Shown: one piece after another, positions 7,676-17,060 of the stretch
Position numbering within the stretch: the stretch's first letter is position 1
Layout: the number at the start of each line of letters is the position of its first letter
Assembly (NCBI GenBank): GCA_019419555.1
Contig: DXZR01000003.1
Span: 3,851 to 67,850, forward strand
DNA: 64,000 nucleotides
Source of the DNA: Collinsella sp.
Lineage (GTDB): Bacteria > Actinomycetota > Coriobacteriia > Coriobacteriales > Coriobacteriaceae
Direction: 5' to 3'
Made by a program: the position numbers and the translations under genes
The notes under the pieces: generated by a model
What the model was told of the DNA's origin: nothing
The model's input: only the letters and a program-made list of their open reading frames with translations
The model's database searches: none

Positions 7676-8995
7676 CTATTCCTCCTCGAGTGTGACCTTG
7701 CCGCCCAGCAGGCGGTAGTGGTCGAAGAAATCGGGATAGGACTTGTTGACGGCCTCGGCGCCGTGGATCACGACCTCGCCGGTGGCGCGGCTCGCGGCGA
7801 TCGCGGCCATCATGGCGATGCGATGGTCGTTGTGCGAATCGACTTCGCCGCCGGTGAAGGCATCGACACCCTTGATGATGAGGTCATCGCTGGCAATGCG
7901 CACCTGCGCGCCCAGCGCGGTGAGCTCGCGGGTGGTCGTGACCAGGCGGTCGGATTCCTTGATGCGCAGACGGGCGCAATCGCGGATAAAGGTGCGGCCC
8001 TGCGCCAGCGAGGCTACGGCCGAGATGACGGGCACCAGGTCAGGAATGTCGTGGGCGCTCATCTCAAAGCCGGCGAGCTTGTCGGACTTCACGGTGGCGG
8101 CGTTGGTGGAGCGCACGATGCGGGCGCCAAAGCGCGAAAGCGCGGCGAGCACGTTTCGGTCGCCCTGCGCGGAGCTCAGGGATACGCCCTCCACGGTGAT
8201 GGGGTCGGCGCCGATAGCGCCGGCGCACAGCCAAAAGGCGGCGTTGGACCAGTCGCCCTCGACGGCTACGCTGCCGGGCGTGCGGTACGAGCCGCTGCTC
8301 ACGCGGAAGTTCGTGACTTCGGGCTGGCCGTCCTTGGCCGGAATGCGCTCGACGTTGACCTCGACGCCAAAGGCCTTCATGGCCTGTATCGTCAGGTTGA
8401 TGTAGGGGCGGCTCTCGATGAGGCCGGTTACCTGCACGCAGGAGGGCTGGGCCAGCAGCGGGGCTGCCAGCAGCAGGCCGGAGATATACTGCGAGCTCAC
8501 GTTGCCCGGAAGCACAAAGGTGCCCGGGCGCATGCGTCCGCTCGTCTTGAGCGGAAAACCGCCCAGACCCTGTAGGTCGCAGCCGGCGGCGATGATCTCG
8601 TCCGAGAGCGGGGAGAGCGGGCGGGCGCCCAGGCGGCCCTGGCCTACGAAGGTGGCATCCGCACCCAGCGCGCAGGCGACAGGCAGCATAAAGCGGAGCG
8701 TGGATCCACTTTCGCCGCAGTCAAGCGTGCCGCCGGCAAGGGCCTTGAGCAGGCCAAACTCAACACTCTTCATGGTGGGGTGGACCTGGAAGCCGTCCTC
8801 GACGGTCTCGATGCGAGCACCCAGGGCCGTAAGGCAACGCACCGTAGCCTCGATGTCGGCGCAGGTGGTATTGCAGGTGACGTGTGTCTCGCCGTTGGCA
8901 AGCGCAGCGCAGATGATGAGGCGATGCGCCATCGACTTGGACGCGATGGCGGGAACGGTGCCCTTGAGCGGGGACGGGGTGATGCGGGCTAGCAT
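7676..8995 (-). CDS. aroA: 3-phosphoshikimate 1-carboxyvinyltransferase (EPSP synthase)
   Basis: PSPLKGTVPAIASKSMAHRLIICAALA, LDCGESGSTLRF, KESDRL motifs. Start taken at MLARITPS (8995), overlapping the aroB stop in ATGCTAG. Confidence 0.93.
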   Translation of the reverse strand: MLARITPSPLKGTVPAIASKSMAHRLIICAALANGETHVTCNTTCADIEATVRCLTALGARIETVEDGFQVHPTMKSVEFGLLKALAGGTLDCGESGSTLRFMLPVACALGADATFVGQGRLGARPLSPLSDEIIAAGCDLQGLGGFPLKTSGRMRPGTFVLPGNVSSQYISGLLLAAPLLAQPSCVQVTGLIESRPYINLTIQAMKAFGVEVNVERIPAKDGQPEVTNFRVSSGSYRTPGSVAVEGDWSNAAFWLCAGAIGADPITVEGVSLSSAQGDRNVLAALSRFGARIVRSTNAATVKSDKLAGFEMSAHDIPDLVPVISAVASLAQGRTFIRDCARLRIKESDRLVTTTRELTALGAQVRIASDDLIIKGVDAFTGGEVDSHNDHRIAMMAAIAASRATGEVVIHGAEAVNKSYPDFFDHYRLLGGKVTLEEE

Positions 8996-10095
8996 GCGGA
9001 AGCGTCTCCCTTCTGGCCGAGGCCCTCGGCAATTAAATCGTGGAAGGTGGAAAGCGGCGTGCGGTCGATGCTGCAACGGCCAATGCCGTGCGGAATTACC
9101 AGGTCAATCGTGTCACCGGCGCGCTTTTTATCGTGCAGTGCTTCGGCAAAGACGGCGTCGGCCGAAAGCTCGCAGCGGGTCTTGAGACCGTGGCGTGCGC
9201 AGAGCTCCTCGATGCGGCCCGGCAGCTCGGCGTCGCAGATGCCGTGCAGGGCCGCGGCGCGCGTGATGATGCCCATGCCGATTGAAACGCAGTTGCCGTG
9301 TCCGAGCTCAAAGTGCTCGCAGGCCTCGACGGCGTGCCCGGCGCTATGTCCAAAATTGAGGAGCTTACGCTGGTTGGTTTCGCGCTCGTCGGCGACGACC
9401 ACGGCGCGCTTGATGTCGATATTGCGGGCGATGATGAGCGCTACGCGGGCCACATCGCGGTTGAGCAGCTCCAGCGTGAGCGGGGTCTTCTCCAGTTCGG
9501 CGAAAAGCTCCGGGTCGGCGATCACGGCGTGCTTGACGACCTCGCCGCAGCCATCGGCGAACTGCTCGGGCGTGAGGGTGGCCAGGCACCCCACGTCGGC
9601 GATAACCACGCTCGGCTGCCAAAAGGCGCCGGCCAGGTTCTTGCCGGCAGCCAGGTCTATGGCGGTCTTGCCGCCCACCGACGAATCCACCATGGCGAGC
9701 AGGCTCGTCGGGATCTGCACAAACTTGCAGCCGCGCATGTAGGTGGCGGCCACAAAGCCCGCCATGTCGCCCACGACACCGCCGCCGAGTGCCACGATCA
9801 CGTCGGAGCGCGAAAGCTCGCGCTCGGCCACAAACTCCAAAATGGCAACGTAGGTCTCAGCGCGCTTATGGGCCTCGCCGGCCTCGAAGGTGCAGATGCT
9901 CACCTCGTAGCCTGACGCCTCCAGGCTCTGCTTAACGGGCATCTGGTAGAGCGGGCCCACGTTGGTGTCCGTCACGATGACGGCCTTGGTGCCGCCGGCG
10001 GTGGCGCGCACGAGCGGCCCCGCCTGCTCCAGCAAAAACGTGCCAACATGCACCTGGTAGGGGCGTGCAGTGTCGATATCGATGGTAATCGCCAT
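8989..10095 (-). CDS. aroB: 3-dehydroquinate synthase
   Basis: ALGGGVVGDMAGFVAATYMRGCKFVQIPTSLLAMVDSSVGGKTAIDL and HAVE/HG metal-binding motifs. Confidence 0.95.
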   Translation of the reverse strand: MAITIDIDTARPYQVHVGTFLLEQAGPLVRATAGGTKAVIVTDTNVGPLYQMPVKQSLEASGYEVSICTFEAGEAHKRAETYVAILEFVAERELSRSDVIVALGGGVVGDMAGFVAATYMRGCKFVQIPTSLLAMVDSSVGGKTAIDLAAGKNLAGAFWQPSVVIADVGCLATLTPEQFADGCGEVVKHAVIADPELFAELEKTPLTLELLNRDVARVALIIARNIDIKRAVVVADERETNQRKLLNFGHSAGHAVEACEHFELGHGNCVSIGMGIITRAAALHGICDAELPGRIEELCARHGLKTRCELSADAVFAEALHDKKRAGDTIDLVIPHGIGRCSIDRTPLSTFHDLIAEGLGQKGDASAC

Positions 10096-10131
10096 AAGCT
10101 TCGGTCCTTTCGACCTGGCGTGATGGGTGGT

Positions 10132-11046
10132 CTAGTGGGAGGCCTCGTCGTCGAGTGCGCGCTTAATGCGGTCGCCCTCGGCAAGGAGATTCTCCAGATA
10201 GCGCTGGTCGCGGTCCTTGAGCGCGCGGCTGTAGGCGCCAAGCGATTCGATCAGATGGTCGATCTCGAAGGCGAGCGCGTCGGCGTCGTCGATCATGAGC
10301 TCGGACCACATTTGCGGGTTGAGGTGCGCCACGCGGGTGAGATCGCGGTAGCTACCGGCCGAAAAGCCGTGGTGGACCTGAGCGGTCGGGCTCTTAACAT
10401 AGGCGTTGGAGACGACGTGCGCGAGCTGGCTCGTAAAGGCGATGACGCGGTCGTGCTCGGCGGCGCTGGTCACGCTGAACTTGCCAAAGCCCAAGGGGCG
10501 TACCATCTCGCGCACCTGGCCCAAAAGCTCCAGTTTGAGCGCATCGTCCACCGCGGGCGGTACGAGCACGAGCGGGGCGCCCTGGAACAGGTCGGCGCGG
10601 GAGTGCGCATAGCCCGAGTACTGCGTGCCCGCCATGGGGTGCGCGCCCACAAAGTAAAAGCCGTGCTCGCGGGCTAGCTCAAAGGCGCGCTCGCACACGA
10701 TGCCCTTGACGCCCACCGTGTCGATCACCACGGGGCCCATGATGGCCTCGGTGTCGGTGGCGTCGGCGAGCGCCTGGGCGTGCGCCTCGAGCCACTCGAT
10801 GCATGCCTCGGGATAGCAGGCAAGGACGATGATGTCGCATTCGCCGAGCGTCTTGTCGTTAAGCTCTCCGGCGACAGTGCCCATGCTGGCGGCCGTCATG
10901 ACATCGTCATCGGGGTCCCAGGCCAGCACGCGGACGCCCGCCTGCGCATAGCCGCGGGCAAAGCTGCCGCCGATGAGGCCCAGGCCGACGATGCCGGCGC
11001 ACTTGGGGCCGCCCTGGTTAACGCGCGCGTTTCTCACTGTACCCAT
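10132..11046 (-). CDS. tyrA: prephenate dehydrogenase
   Basis: Rossmann GLGLIGGSFARG, GAHPMAG catalytic region, C-terminal helical domain. Confidence 0.88.
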   Translation of the reverse strand: MGTVRNARVNQGGPKCAGIVGLGLIGGSFARGYAQAGVRVLAWDPDDDVMTAASMGTVAGELNDKTLGECDIIVLACYPEACIEWLEAHAQALADATDTEAIMGPVVIDTVGVKGIVCERAFELAREHGFYFVGAHPMAGTQYSGYAHSRADLFQGAPLVLVPPAVDDALKLELLGQVREMVRPLGFGKFSVTSAAEHDRVIAFTSQLAHVVSNAYVKSPTAQVHHGFSAGSYRDLTRVAHLNPQMWSELMIDDADALAFEIDHLIESLGAYSRALKDRDQRYLENLLAEGDRIKRALDDEASH

Positions 11047-11049
11047 GGG

Positions 11050-12072
11050 CTACTCCATGGTCTCATGGCAGACAACCTCGCGAATGGCTCGGATGCGGCG
11101 CATGGTGTCGTCGAACTGATCGGGGGTGAGGGCCTGAGCGCCGTCGGACCATGCGCGGCTGGGCTCGTCGTGGACCTCGATCTCTAGGCCGTTGGCACCG
11201 CAGGCGGTCGCGGCGAGCGCCATGGGCTCAACGTAGCGGGTGTAGCCGGTGGCGTGGCTGGGGTCGGCGACGACGGGCAGGTGCGACAGGTGGTGCAGCA
11301 CCGGCACGGCATTGAGGTCGAAGGTGTTGCGGGTGCGGGTCTCGAAGGTGCGGATGCCGCGCTCGCACAGGATGACGTTGTCGTTGCCCTCGCTCATGAT
11401 GTACTCGGCGGCCATGAGCAGCTCATCGATCGTGCCGGACATGCCGCGCTTAAGCAAGATCGGAGTCTTGGTCTTGCCGACCTCTTTGAGCAGAGGGAAG
11501 TTCTGGGCGTTGCGGGCGCCGATCTGCATGACGTCGATCTTCTTGTCCAGGAAGACCTGCACGTCGCGCGGGTCCATGATCTCGGTGACGATCGGCATGT
11601 CGAGCTCGGCAGACGCCTCGCACAGCAGGTCCAGACCGGCGGGGCCCATGCCCTGGTAGGCGTACGGGGAAGTGCGGGGCTTGTAGGCACCGCCGCGCAG
11701 CATCGTGGCACCGGCGGCCTTCACGCGGCGGGCGATGCGGATGAGGTTCTCGCCCTCGACGGAGCACGGGCCGGCGATGACCTGGAACTGATCGCCGCCG
11801 ATCTTGACGCCGTGGCCGCAGTCGATGACGGAGTCCTCGGGGTGGAACTTGCGGTTGGCGCGCTTGAACGGCTCGGAGACGCGCTGCACGCGCTCGACGA
11901 CATCCATGGACTCGAGCAGGAATGGGTCGATCTTGGTCGTATCGCCCACCAGGCCGATGATCGTCTCATTCTCGCCGCGCGAGACATCGGTTTTCAGGCC
12001 CTTTTTCTCAATCCAGCTGACGATATGGCTGACGGCCTCGTCGCTGGCGCTCTCTTTTAAAATTGCAATCAT
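11050..12072 (-). CDS. aroF: 3-deoxy-7-phosphoheptulonate (DAHP) synthase, class I-beta with N-terminal ferredoxin-like regulatory domain
   Basis: IAGPCSVE, LRGGAYKPRTSPY, KRG..G, ADPSH motifs. The roughly 70-aa N-terminal domain resembles the Thermotoga-type regulatory domain. Start moved to MIAILKE (12072). Confidence 0.9.
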   Translation of the reverse strand: MIAILKESASDEAVSHIVSWIEKKGLKTDVSRGENETIIGLVGDTTKIDPFLLESMDVVERVQRVSEPFKRANRKFHPEDSVIDCGHGVKIGGDQFQVIAGPCSVEGENLIRIARRVKAAGATMLRGGAYKPRTSPYAYQGMGPAGLDLLCEASAELDMPIVTEIMDPRDVQVFLDKKIDVMQIGARNAQNFPLLKEVGKTKTPILLKRGMSGTIDELLMAAEYIMSEGNDNVILCERGIRTFETRTRNTFDLNAVPVLHHLSHLPVVADPSHATGYTRYVEPMALAATACGANGLEIEVHDEPSRAWSDGAQALTPDQFDDTMRRIRAIREVVCHETME

Positions 12073-12235
12073 GGTGTGCCTCTCACCTCGATGGATAACC
12101 CTTGCAAAAACGGCCCGCATCGCGAGCCGTGTACATATGGTGCATGAGAGTTTATACTATCTGACTCGCTTTTGCCTTCTAAAGTGGGCCGTTGAGCCGC
12201 GTCTTCCTCGGAATTGCAAAGCTTTTTCTTTTATT

Positions 12236-12265
12236 TTGATAGCCCGTGGTGTACTTGGGTATAAT
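12236..12265 (+). promoter_or_regulatory. sigma-70-type promoter for tRNA-Arg(CCG)
   Basis: TTGATA - 18 nt - TATAAT ending about 11 nt before the tRNA 5' end. Confidence 0.6.
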
Positions 12266-12276
12266 GCCAAACGTTG

Positions 12277-12353
12277 GCCCTATTAGCTCAGGGGATTAGA
12301 GCGTCTGCCTCCGGAGCAGAAGGCCGTTGGTTCGAATCCAACATGGGGCACCA
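12277..12353 (+). tRNA. tRNA-Arg (anticodon CCG)
   Basis: Acceptor GCCCTAT/ATGGGGC, D-arm GCTC..GAGC, anticodon stem TCTGC/GCAGA with loop CTCCGGA, T-arm GTTGG-TTCGAAT-CCAAC, encoded CCA. Confidence 0.92.
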
Positions 12354-12364
12354 TCGAACGTGAG

Positions 12365-12398
12365 ACCGTCCGAACCTCGCATGGTCCGGGCGGTTTTT
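12365..12398 (+). terminator. intrinsic terminator after tRNA-Arg(CCG)
   Basis: ACCGTCCGAACC-loop-GGTCCGGGCGGT followed by TTTTT. Confidence 0.7.
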
Positions 12399-12414
12399 CT
12401 TATACCGACGCGAC

Positions 12415-15153
12415 GTGATGGGACGTGGTATGGCAGCAACGGATATCGAGCGCGGACTCTCGACCGCCGAGGTTGAGGAGCGCATCGCCGCCGGTAAGAT
12501 CAACCGCAACATGGAGCTCAAGACCAAGTCGGTCAAAGAGCTCATCATCGAGAACCTCTGCACGTTGTTCAATTTGATCAACGTGATCTTGGCGTTCCTG
12601 GTCATTTTGACCGGTTCGTTTAAGAATCTGACGTTCCTGTTCGTGGTGTTCCTCAATACCGCTATTGGCGTCATTCAGTCCATGCGTTCCAAGAAGATGG
12701 TCGATAAGCTCACGCTGCTGACCTCCAAGAAGGCCATCGCGGTGCGCGACGGCGCCGAGGTGGAGCTCGACCTGGACCAGATCGTGCTCGACGACATCAT
12801 CCGCTTGGGGCGCGGCGACCAGATTCCCGCCGACGCCGTGGTGGTGTCGGGCGAGGCGCTCGTGAACGAGAGCCTGCTGACGGGCGAGAGCGACCTTATT
12901 AAGAAACAGCCAGGCTCTGAGCTCATGAGCGGCAGCTTTATCGACTCGGGCCTGCTGCGCGCCCGCGTGATCCATGTCGGCGCCGACAACTACGTGGCCA
13001 AAATTAATAACGAGGCCAAGTACGTCAAAAAGGTTAATTCCGAGATCATGAACGCGCTGAACGCCATCGTGCGCTTTGCGAGCATCATCATGATCCCGCT
13101 CGGTTTGGCGTTGTTTGCCTCGAGTGTGAGCGAGCTGTGGGATGCCGCGGGAACCCCGGGCGATAGTGCGCTTTCGTGGTGCTTCTCCGAGCTGTTGGCC
13201 GGTCATGTGCCTTCGTCGGCGCTGCTGTCCACGGTGGGCGCCCTGCTGGGCATGATCCCGCAAGGCCTGGTGCTGCTGACCTCGTCGGTGCTCGCCATCG
13301 CCACGGTGCGCCTGGCCCGCCGCAAGGTGCTGGCACAGCAGCTCTACTGCATCGAGACACTCGCTCGCGTCGACGTGCTGTGCCTGGACAAGACGGGCAC
13401 CATCACGTCGGGCCGTATGGAGGTCGAGGGCACGTATCCGCTGCCTGTTGAGGGTGTTGGCTTTGGCGTGGACTCGGACGAGGCGGCTGTTCCCATCGAT
13501 ACCACAGTGCTCGATTTTGCGCTGGCTAACGTGGCACGTGCGACTTCGGCCGATGCCAACGAGACCTGCCAGGCGCTGCTCAACTATTACGCCGATCGCC
13601 CGGTCGAGGTGTCCGAGCCGCTGTCGGTCATTCCATTCTCGTCGTCTAAAAAATGGAGCGGCGCGTCGTTTGCGCAGGGCTCCTACGTAATGGGCGCCGC
13701 GCAATTTGTGCTCTCTGATCGTGCGTTTGCCCAGGTCGAGAACCGTGTCGCCGAGCTTGCCGATACCTGCCGCGTGCTCGTGGTGGCGCGCGTGGACGGC
13801 TTTACGCCCGATGGGGATATGGTGGGCGAGGCCGAGCCCGTGGGATTTGTGACCATCCGCGACGAGATTCGTACCTCGGCGGCCGAGACCATCGGCTACT
13901 TTAACGAGCAGGGCGTGACCCTCAACGTGATCAGCGGCGACGACCCGCGTACGGTGTCGTCGATCGCGCGCGTGGTGGGCGTGCCGGGGGCGGACGCTTA
14001 TGTGGACGCCACGACGCTCGATACGCCGGCCAAGCTCGATGCCGCAGTGGACCGCTACCATGTCTTTGGTCGTGTGACCCCGCAGCAGAAGCGCGAGCTC
14101 GTGCAGGCGCTCAAGCGCCGCGAGCACACCGTGGCCATGACGGGCGACGGCGTCAACGACGTGCTGGCGCTCAAGGAGGCCGACTGCTCCGTCGCCATGG
14201 CGGCCGGCTCCGATGCCGCGCGTAATGTGGCCGAAATCGTACTCGTCGACAACGATTTTGCCTCGATGCCCGCCGTGGTGGCCGAGGGCCGTCGCTCCAT
14301 CAACAACCTGCAGCGTTCGGCCTCACTGTTCCTGACCAAGACGCTGTTCTCGATGGGCCTGGCGGCGCTGTGTATCGCGCTGCCGCCGTACCCCTTCGAG
14401 CCCATCCAGATGACGCTCATTAACTTCTTCTGCATCGGCGCGCCGGGCTTTGTGTTGGGCCTGGAGCCCAACAATGCTCGTGTGAAGGGTGCGTTTTTGA
14501 GCAACGTACTCAAGCGTGCACTGCCGGCGTCGATTGCGGTCATTTTGGCTGCGGCGCTCGACATCTTTGTGGCGCGCGTGTTTGGCTTTAGCCAGCTCAC
14601 GCTGTCTACGATGTGCCTGCTTACGTCGTGCGCGGCGAGCGTCAGCCTAATCTGGCGCATCTCGCAGCCTCTCACGCCCTTACGTGTGGTGCTCGTTGTG
14701 TTTGTAGTCGCCGGCATCCTGGTGGGCGTTATCGGATTCCCGGAGCTGCTGTCTATTGCCAACCTGTCGATGGGCCAGATGGTTATCTTGGCTGTTATCG
14801 TGGTCTTTACCTGCTCGGTGTTCTTTAAGCTCGCCACGATGATGGATTCGCTCAAGCCGCGTCGTCGTCATGCCGCAACTGGTTTTGGCCGCGGTGTGCG
14901 CGTCCGCCTGGGTCGCGGTGGCGGCAAGGTGAGCTCGACGGGCTCGACGGCCGAACGTTTTGCCAAGCGCGTCGCCGCCGACATGGCGCAGCGCCGCGAA
15001 GATCGCACCGCTCGCGAGGCCGAGGCCCGCGCACTCGAGGGCGTGGCCCAGGCCCAGCCCAAGAAAAAGAAGAGTACCGGAGCCAAGCGCTCTCGCGTGA
15101 CCAAGTCCGCCCAAGGCATCAAAGTCTCGATGCCAAGCAAAAAGAAGAAGTAA
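12415..15153 (+). CDS. cation-transporting P-type (E1-E2) ATPase, substrate not assignable; unusual basic C-terminal tail
   Basis: TGES (LLTGESD), phosphorylation site CLDKTGTIT, hinge MTGDGVNDVLALKEAD, about 10 TM helices. Start ambiguous (GTG 12415 / ATG 12418 / ATG 12430). Confidence 0.9.
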   Translation: MMGRGMAATDIERGLSTAEVEERIAAGKINRNMELKTKSVKELIIENLCTLFNLINVILAFLVILTGSFKNLTFLFVVFLNTAIGVIQSMRSKKMVDKLTLLTSKKAIAVRDGAEVELDLDQIVLDDIIRLGRGDQIPADAVVVSGEALVNESLLTGESDLIKKQPGSELMSGSFIDSGLLRARVIHVGADNYVAKINNEAKYVKKVNSEIMNALNAIVRFASIIMIPLGLALFASSVSELWDAAGTPGDSALSWCFSELLAGHVPSSALLSTVGALLGMIPQGLVLLTSSVLAIATVRLARRKVLAQQLYCIETLARVDVLCLDKTGTITSGRMEVEGTYPLPVEGVGFGVDSDEAAVPIDTTVLDFALANVARATSADANETCQALLNYYADRPVEVSEPLSVIPFSSSKKWSGASFAQGSYVMGAAQFVLSDRAFAQVENRVAELADTCRVLVVARVDGFTPDGDMVGEAEPVGFVTIRDEIRTSAAETIGYFNEQGVTLNVISGDDPRTVSSIARVVGVPGADAYVDATTLDTPAKLDAAVDRYHVFGRVTPQQKRELVQALKRREHTVAMTGDGVNDVLALKEADCSVAMAAGSDAARNVAEIVLVDNDFASMPAVVAEGRRSINNLQRSASLFLTKTLFSMGLAALCIALPPYPFEPIQMTLINFFCIGAPGFVLGLEPNNARVKGAFLSNVLKRALPASIAVILAAALDIFVARVFGFSQLTLSTMCLLTSCAASVSLIWRISQPLTPLRVVLVVFVVAGILVGVIGFPELLSIANLSMGQMVILAVIVVFTCSVFFKLATMMDSLKPRRRHAATGFGRGVRVRLGRGGGKVSSTGSTAERFAKRVAADMAQRREDRTAREAEARALEGVAQAQPKKKKSTGAKRSRVTKSAQGIKVSMPSKKKK

Positions 15154-15256
15154 CTACGCGCCCTGCCGATGTTGAATTGGTGCCTTGCTCCTGTGGGGCC
15201 GTGGCGATGTTATGCTCTAACCTCGATTGTTTGAATTGCTTCGAAAGGAGGATGCC

Positions 15257-16399
15257 GTGATCTGCCCGCATTGCCTTAAGACTATCGAGGACGGCGCCTC
15301 GTTCTGCCCCTACTGCAACGCCTATGTGGGTCCGGGCGATGGTCCCGAGCACACTGAGTTCGTGTTCTGTGAGGGCTGCGGTGCCCGTCTTTCTCCGCAT
15401 GATCGTACATGCCCCAAATGCGGACGCCCCGCTCCGGGTATCCTCTCCGAGGACGCGGCCGCATCCGACTTGGCTGCGGGCCGCACGGCGGGTTTTCCGC
15501 GCCTAACGCAAGAGCAGATCGATACCGAGGTGCCGCATGCGCCCGCCTCGGCTGCCGCGGTTCTTTCGGATGCCGCCGACCCCAATGAGACTTGCGTGCT
15601 GCCGGCTTTCGATAAGGATTTCGGTATCCCCAAGGTCGACATTCCCACGCCCGTTTCCCTGCACGACGATGCTCAAAAACCCAAGCGCAAGGTGCACCCC
15701 GACGAGGACGCCTATCACAAGCACAAGCGTCATATCCCCAAGCCGCTCATCGTCATCGCGGTCCTTGCCGTCGTGTGCGGTGGTGCGTATTGGTTCGTGA
15801 CGGCCGATCCCATGGGTGTCATGCCTGGCTTCTATGACCAGTTTGGCCAGGCCGCGCAGACGACCTTCCCCACGCGCCAAAAGGGCGAGGCGACTGAGGA
15901 CGATACCAAGCAGGACGATTCTGCCGAGGTGGTCCAGGAAGAAACCGTGCTTACCGATGATCAGCTCTATACCAGGCTCGACGGTCTGTATCAGACCATC
16001 GTGTCCTACGGTGACGAGGACCAGATCGGCGAGGTCATCGATTCTTTTAACAATGGCTATCTTCGAACGCCACTGTCCACCCGTCAGGAGCTGTCGCAGA
16101 GTGCCTACGCCCTGCGCGACCAGATCAAAAAGACGCAAGATGAGCTTAACAACCTTAAGTATCAGGACGATACGGTCTATGCGGATGACATCGCCCACTT
16201 AAAGCAGCTTGCCGAGTGGATGTACGAGCGTGTCGACGTGATCTGTCAGAGCTGGGACATCTCGCTGGCCATTCCCGATGGTGAGTCGATGAGTTCCCAC
16301 CAAAGCGATATCCTGGCGCCCATCGCGCAGGGCGGCAACAGCGCACTGAACCAGTACGACGCCAATGTGGGTTCCTGGAAGCCGCAGCAGCGTTCCTAA
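15257..16399 (+). CDS. double zinc-ribbon membrane protein of unknown function
   Basis: CPHC..CPYC and CEGC..CPKC ribbons, one TM helix (LIVIAVLAVVCGGAYWFV), 190-aa extracytoplasmic C-terminal domain. Start moved to GTG 15257 (AAGGAGG 6 nt upstream). Confidence 0.7.
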   Translation: MICPHCLKTIEDGASFCPYCNAYVGPGDGPEHTEFVFCEGCGARLSPHDRTCPKCGRPAPGILSEDAAASDLAAGRTAGFPRLTQEQIDTEVPHAPASAAAVLSDAADPNETCVLPAFDKDFGIPKVDIPTPVSLHDDAQKPKRKVHPDEDAYHKHKRHIPKPLIVIAVLAVVCGGAYWFVTADPMGVMPGFYDQFGQAAQTTFPTRQKGEATEDDTKQDDSAEVVQEETVLTDDQLYTRLDGLYQTIVSYGDEDQIGEVIDSFNNGYLRTPLSTRQELSQSAYALRDQIKKTQDELNNLKYQDDTVYADDIAHLKQLAEWMYERVDVICQSWDISLAIPDGESMSSHQSDILAPIAQGGNSALNQYDANVGSWKPQQRS

Positions 16400-16437
16400 A
16401 ATTAGTTCGCCATAGTCGGCATAACCTACGTGCGCAA

Positions 16438-16467
16438 TTGATGTAAGCGCATGCTTATTGCTACAAT
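16438..16467 (+). promoter_or_regulatory. candidate promoter for ppiB
   Basis: TTGATG - 18 nt - TACAAT in an AT-rich gap about 40 nt upstream of the ppiB ATG. Confidence 0.4.
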
Positions 16468-16506
16468 TCTTACAAATATGCTTTAAACGCACGAGGAAGG
16501 AACCAC

Positions 16507-17049
16507 ATGTTTGGTTTTAAGAAAGAGCTCTACACGCCCGAGTATCAGCTTGCCGGCGACGAGTGCGCCGTTATCGAGACGTCGAAGGGTACCATCAAGG
16601 TCAAGTTTGACGGCGAGGGCGCTCCCATTCATGTCGCGAACTTCTGCGAGCTTTCTACGATGGGCTTCTATGATGGCCTTAAGTTCCATCGCTATGTGCC
16701 CGGTTTTGTCATCCAGGGCGGTGACCCCAATACCCGCGATATGTCCGGCGCCGACGTCGCCGCTGGTCTTGAGGGCCCCGACGGCATGCCCGGTACCGGT
16801 GGCCCCGGCTACTGCATCAAGGGCGAGTTTGCCACCAATCCGCGCAACTGCCATGTCGATGGCGCCCTTGCCATGGCACGCTCCATGGATCCCGATTCCG
16901 CGGGTTCCCAGTTCTACTTCTGCCTGGGCGCCCAGCATAACCTCGATTCCGGTTACACCGTCTTTGGTACCACGGTCGAGGGTCTCGATGTGATTTCGCG
17001 GCTGCGTGCCGGCGACGAGATCGTCCATGTCGAGATCGTTCACGAGTAA
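16507..17049 (+). CDS. ppiB: peptidyl-prolyl cis-trans isomerase, cyclophilin type
   Basis: GFYDGLKFHRYVPGFVIQGGDP, SMDPDSAGSQFYF, TVFGTTVEGLDV. Confidence 0.93.
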   Translation: MFGFKKELYTPEYQLAGDECAVIETSKGTIKVKFDGEGAPIHVANFCELSTMGFYDGLKFHRYVPGFVIQGGDPNTRDMSGADVAAGLEGPDGMPGTGGPGYCIKGEFATNPRNCHVDGALAMARSMDPDSAGSQFYFCLGAQHNLDSGYTVFGTTVEGLDVISRLRAGDEIVHVEIVHE

Positions 17050-17060
17050 AGGGGACTTCC

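Noticed and set aside
12400-14127. 575-aa ORF antisense to the P-type ATPase
   Set aside because: Arg/His/Gly-rich shadow ORF. The plus strand carries all P-type ATPase motifs.
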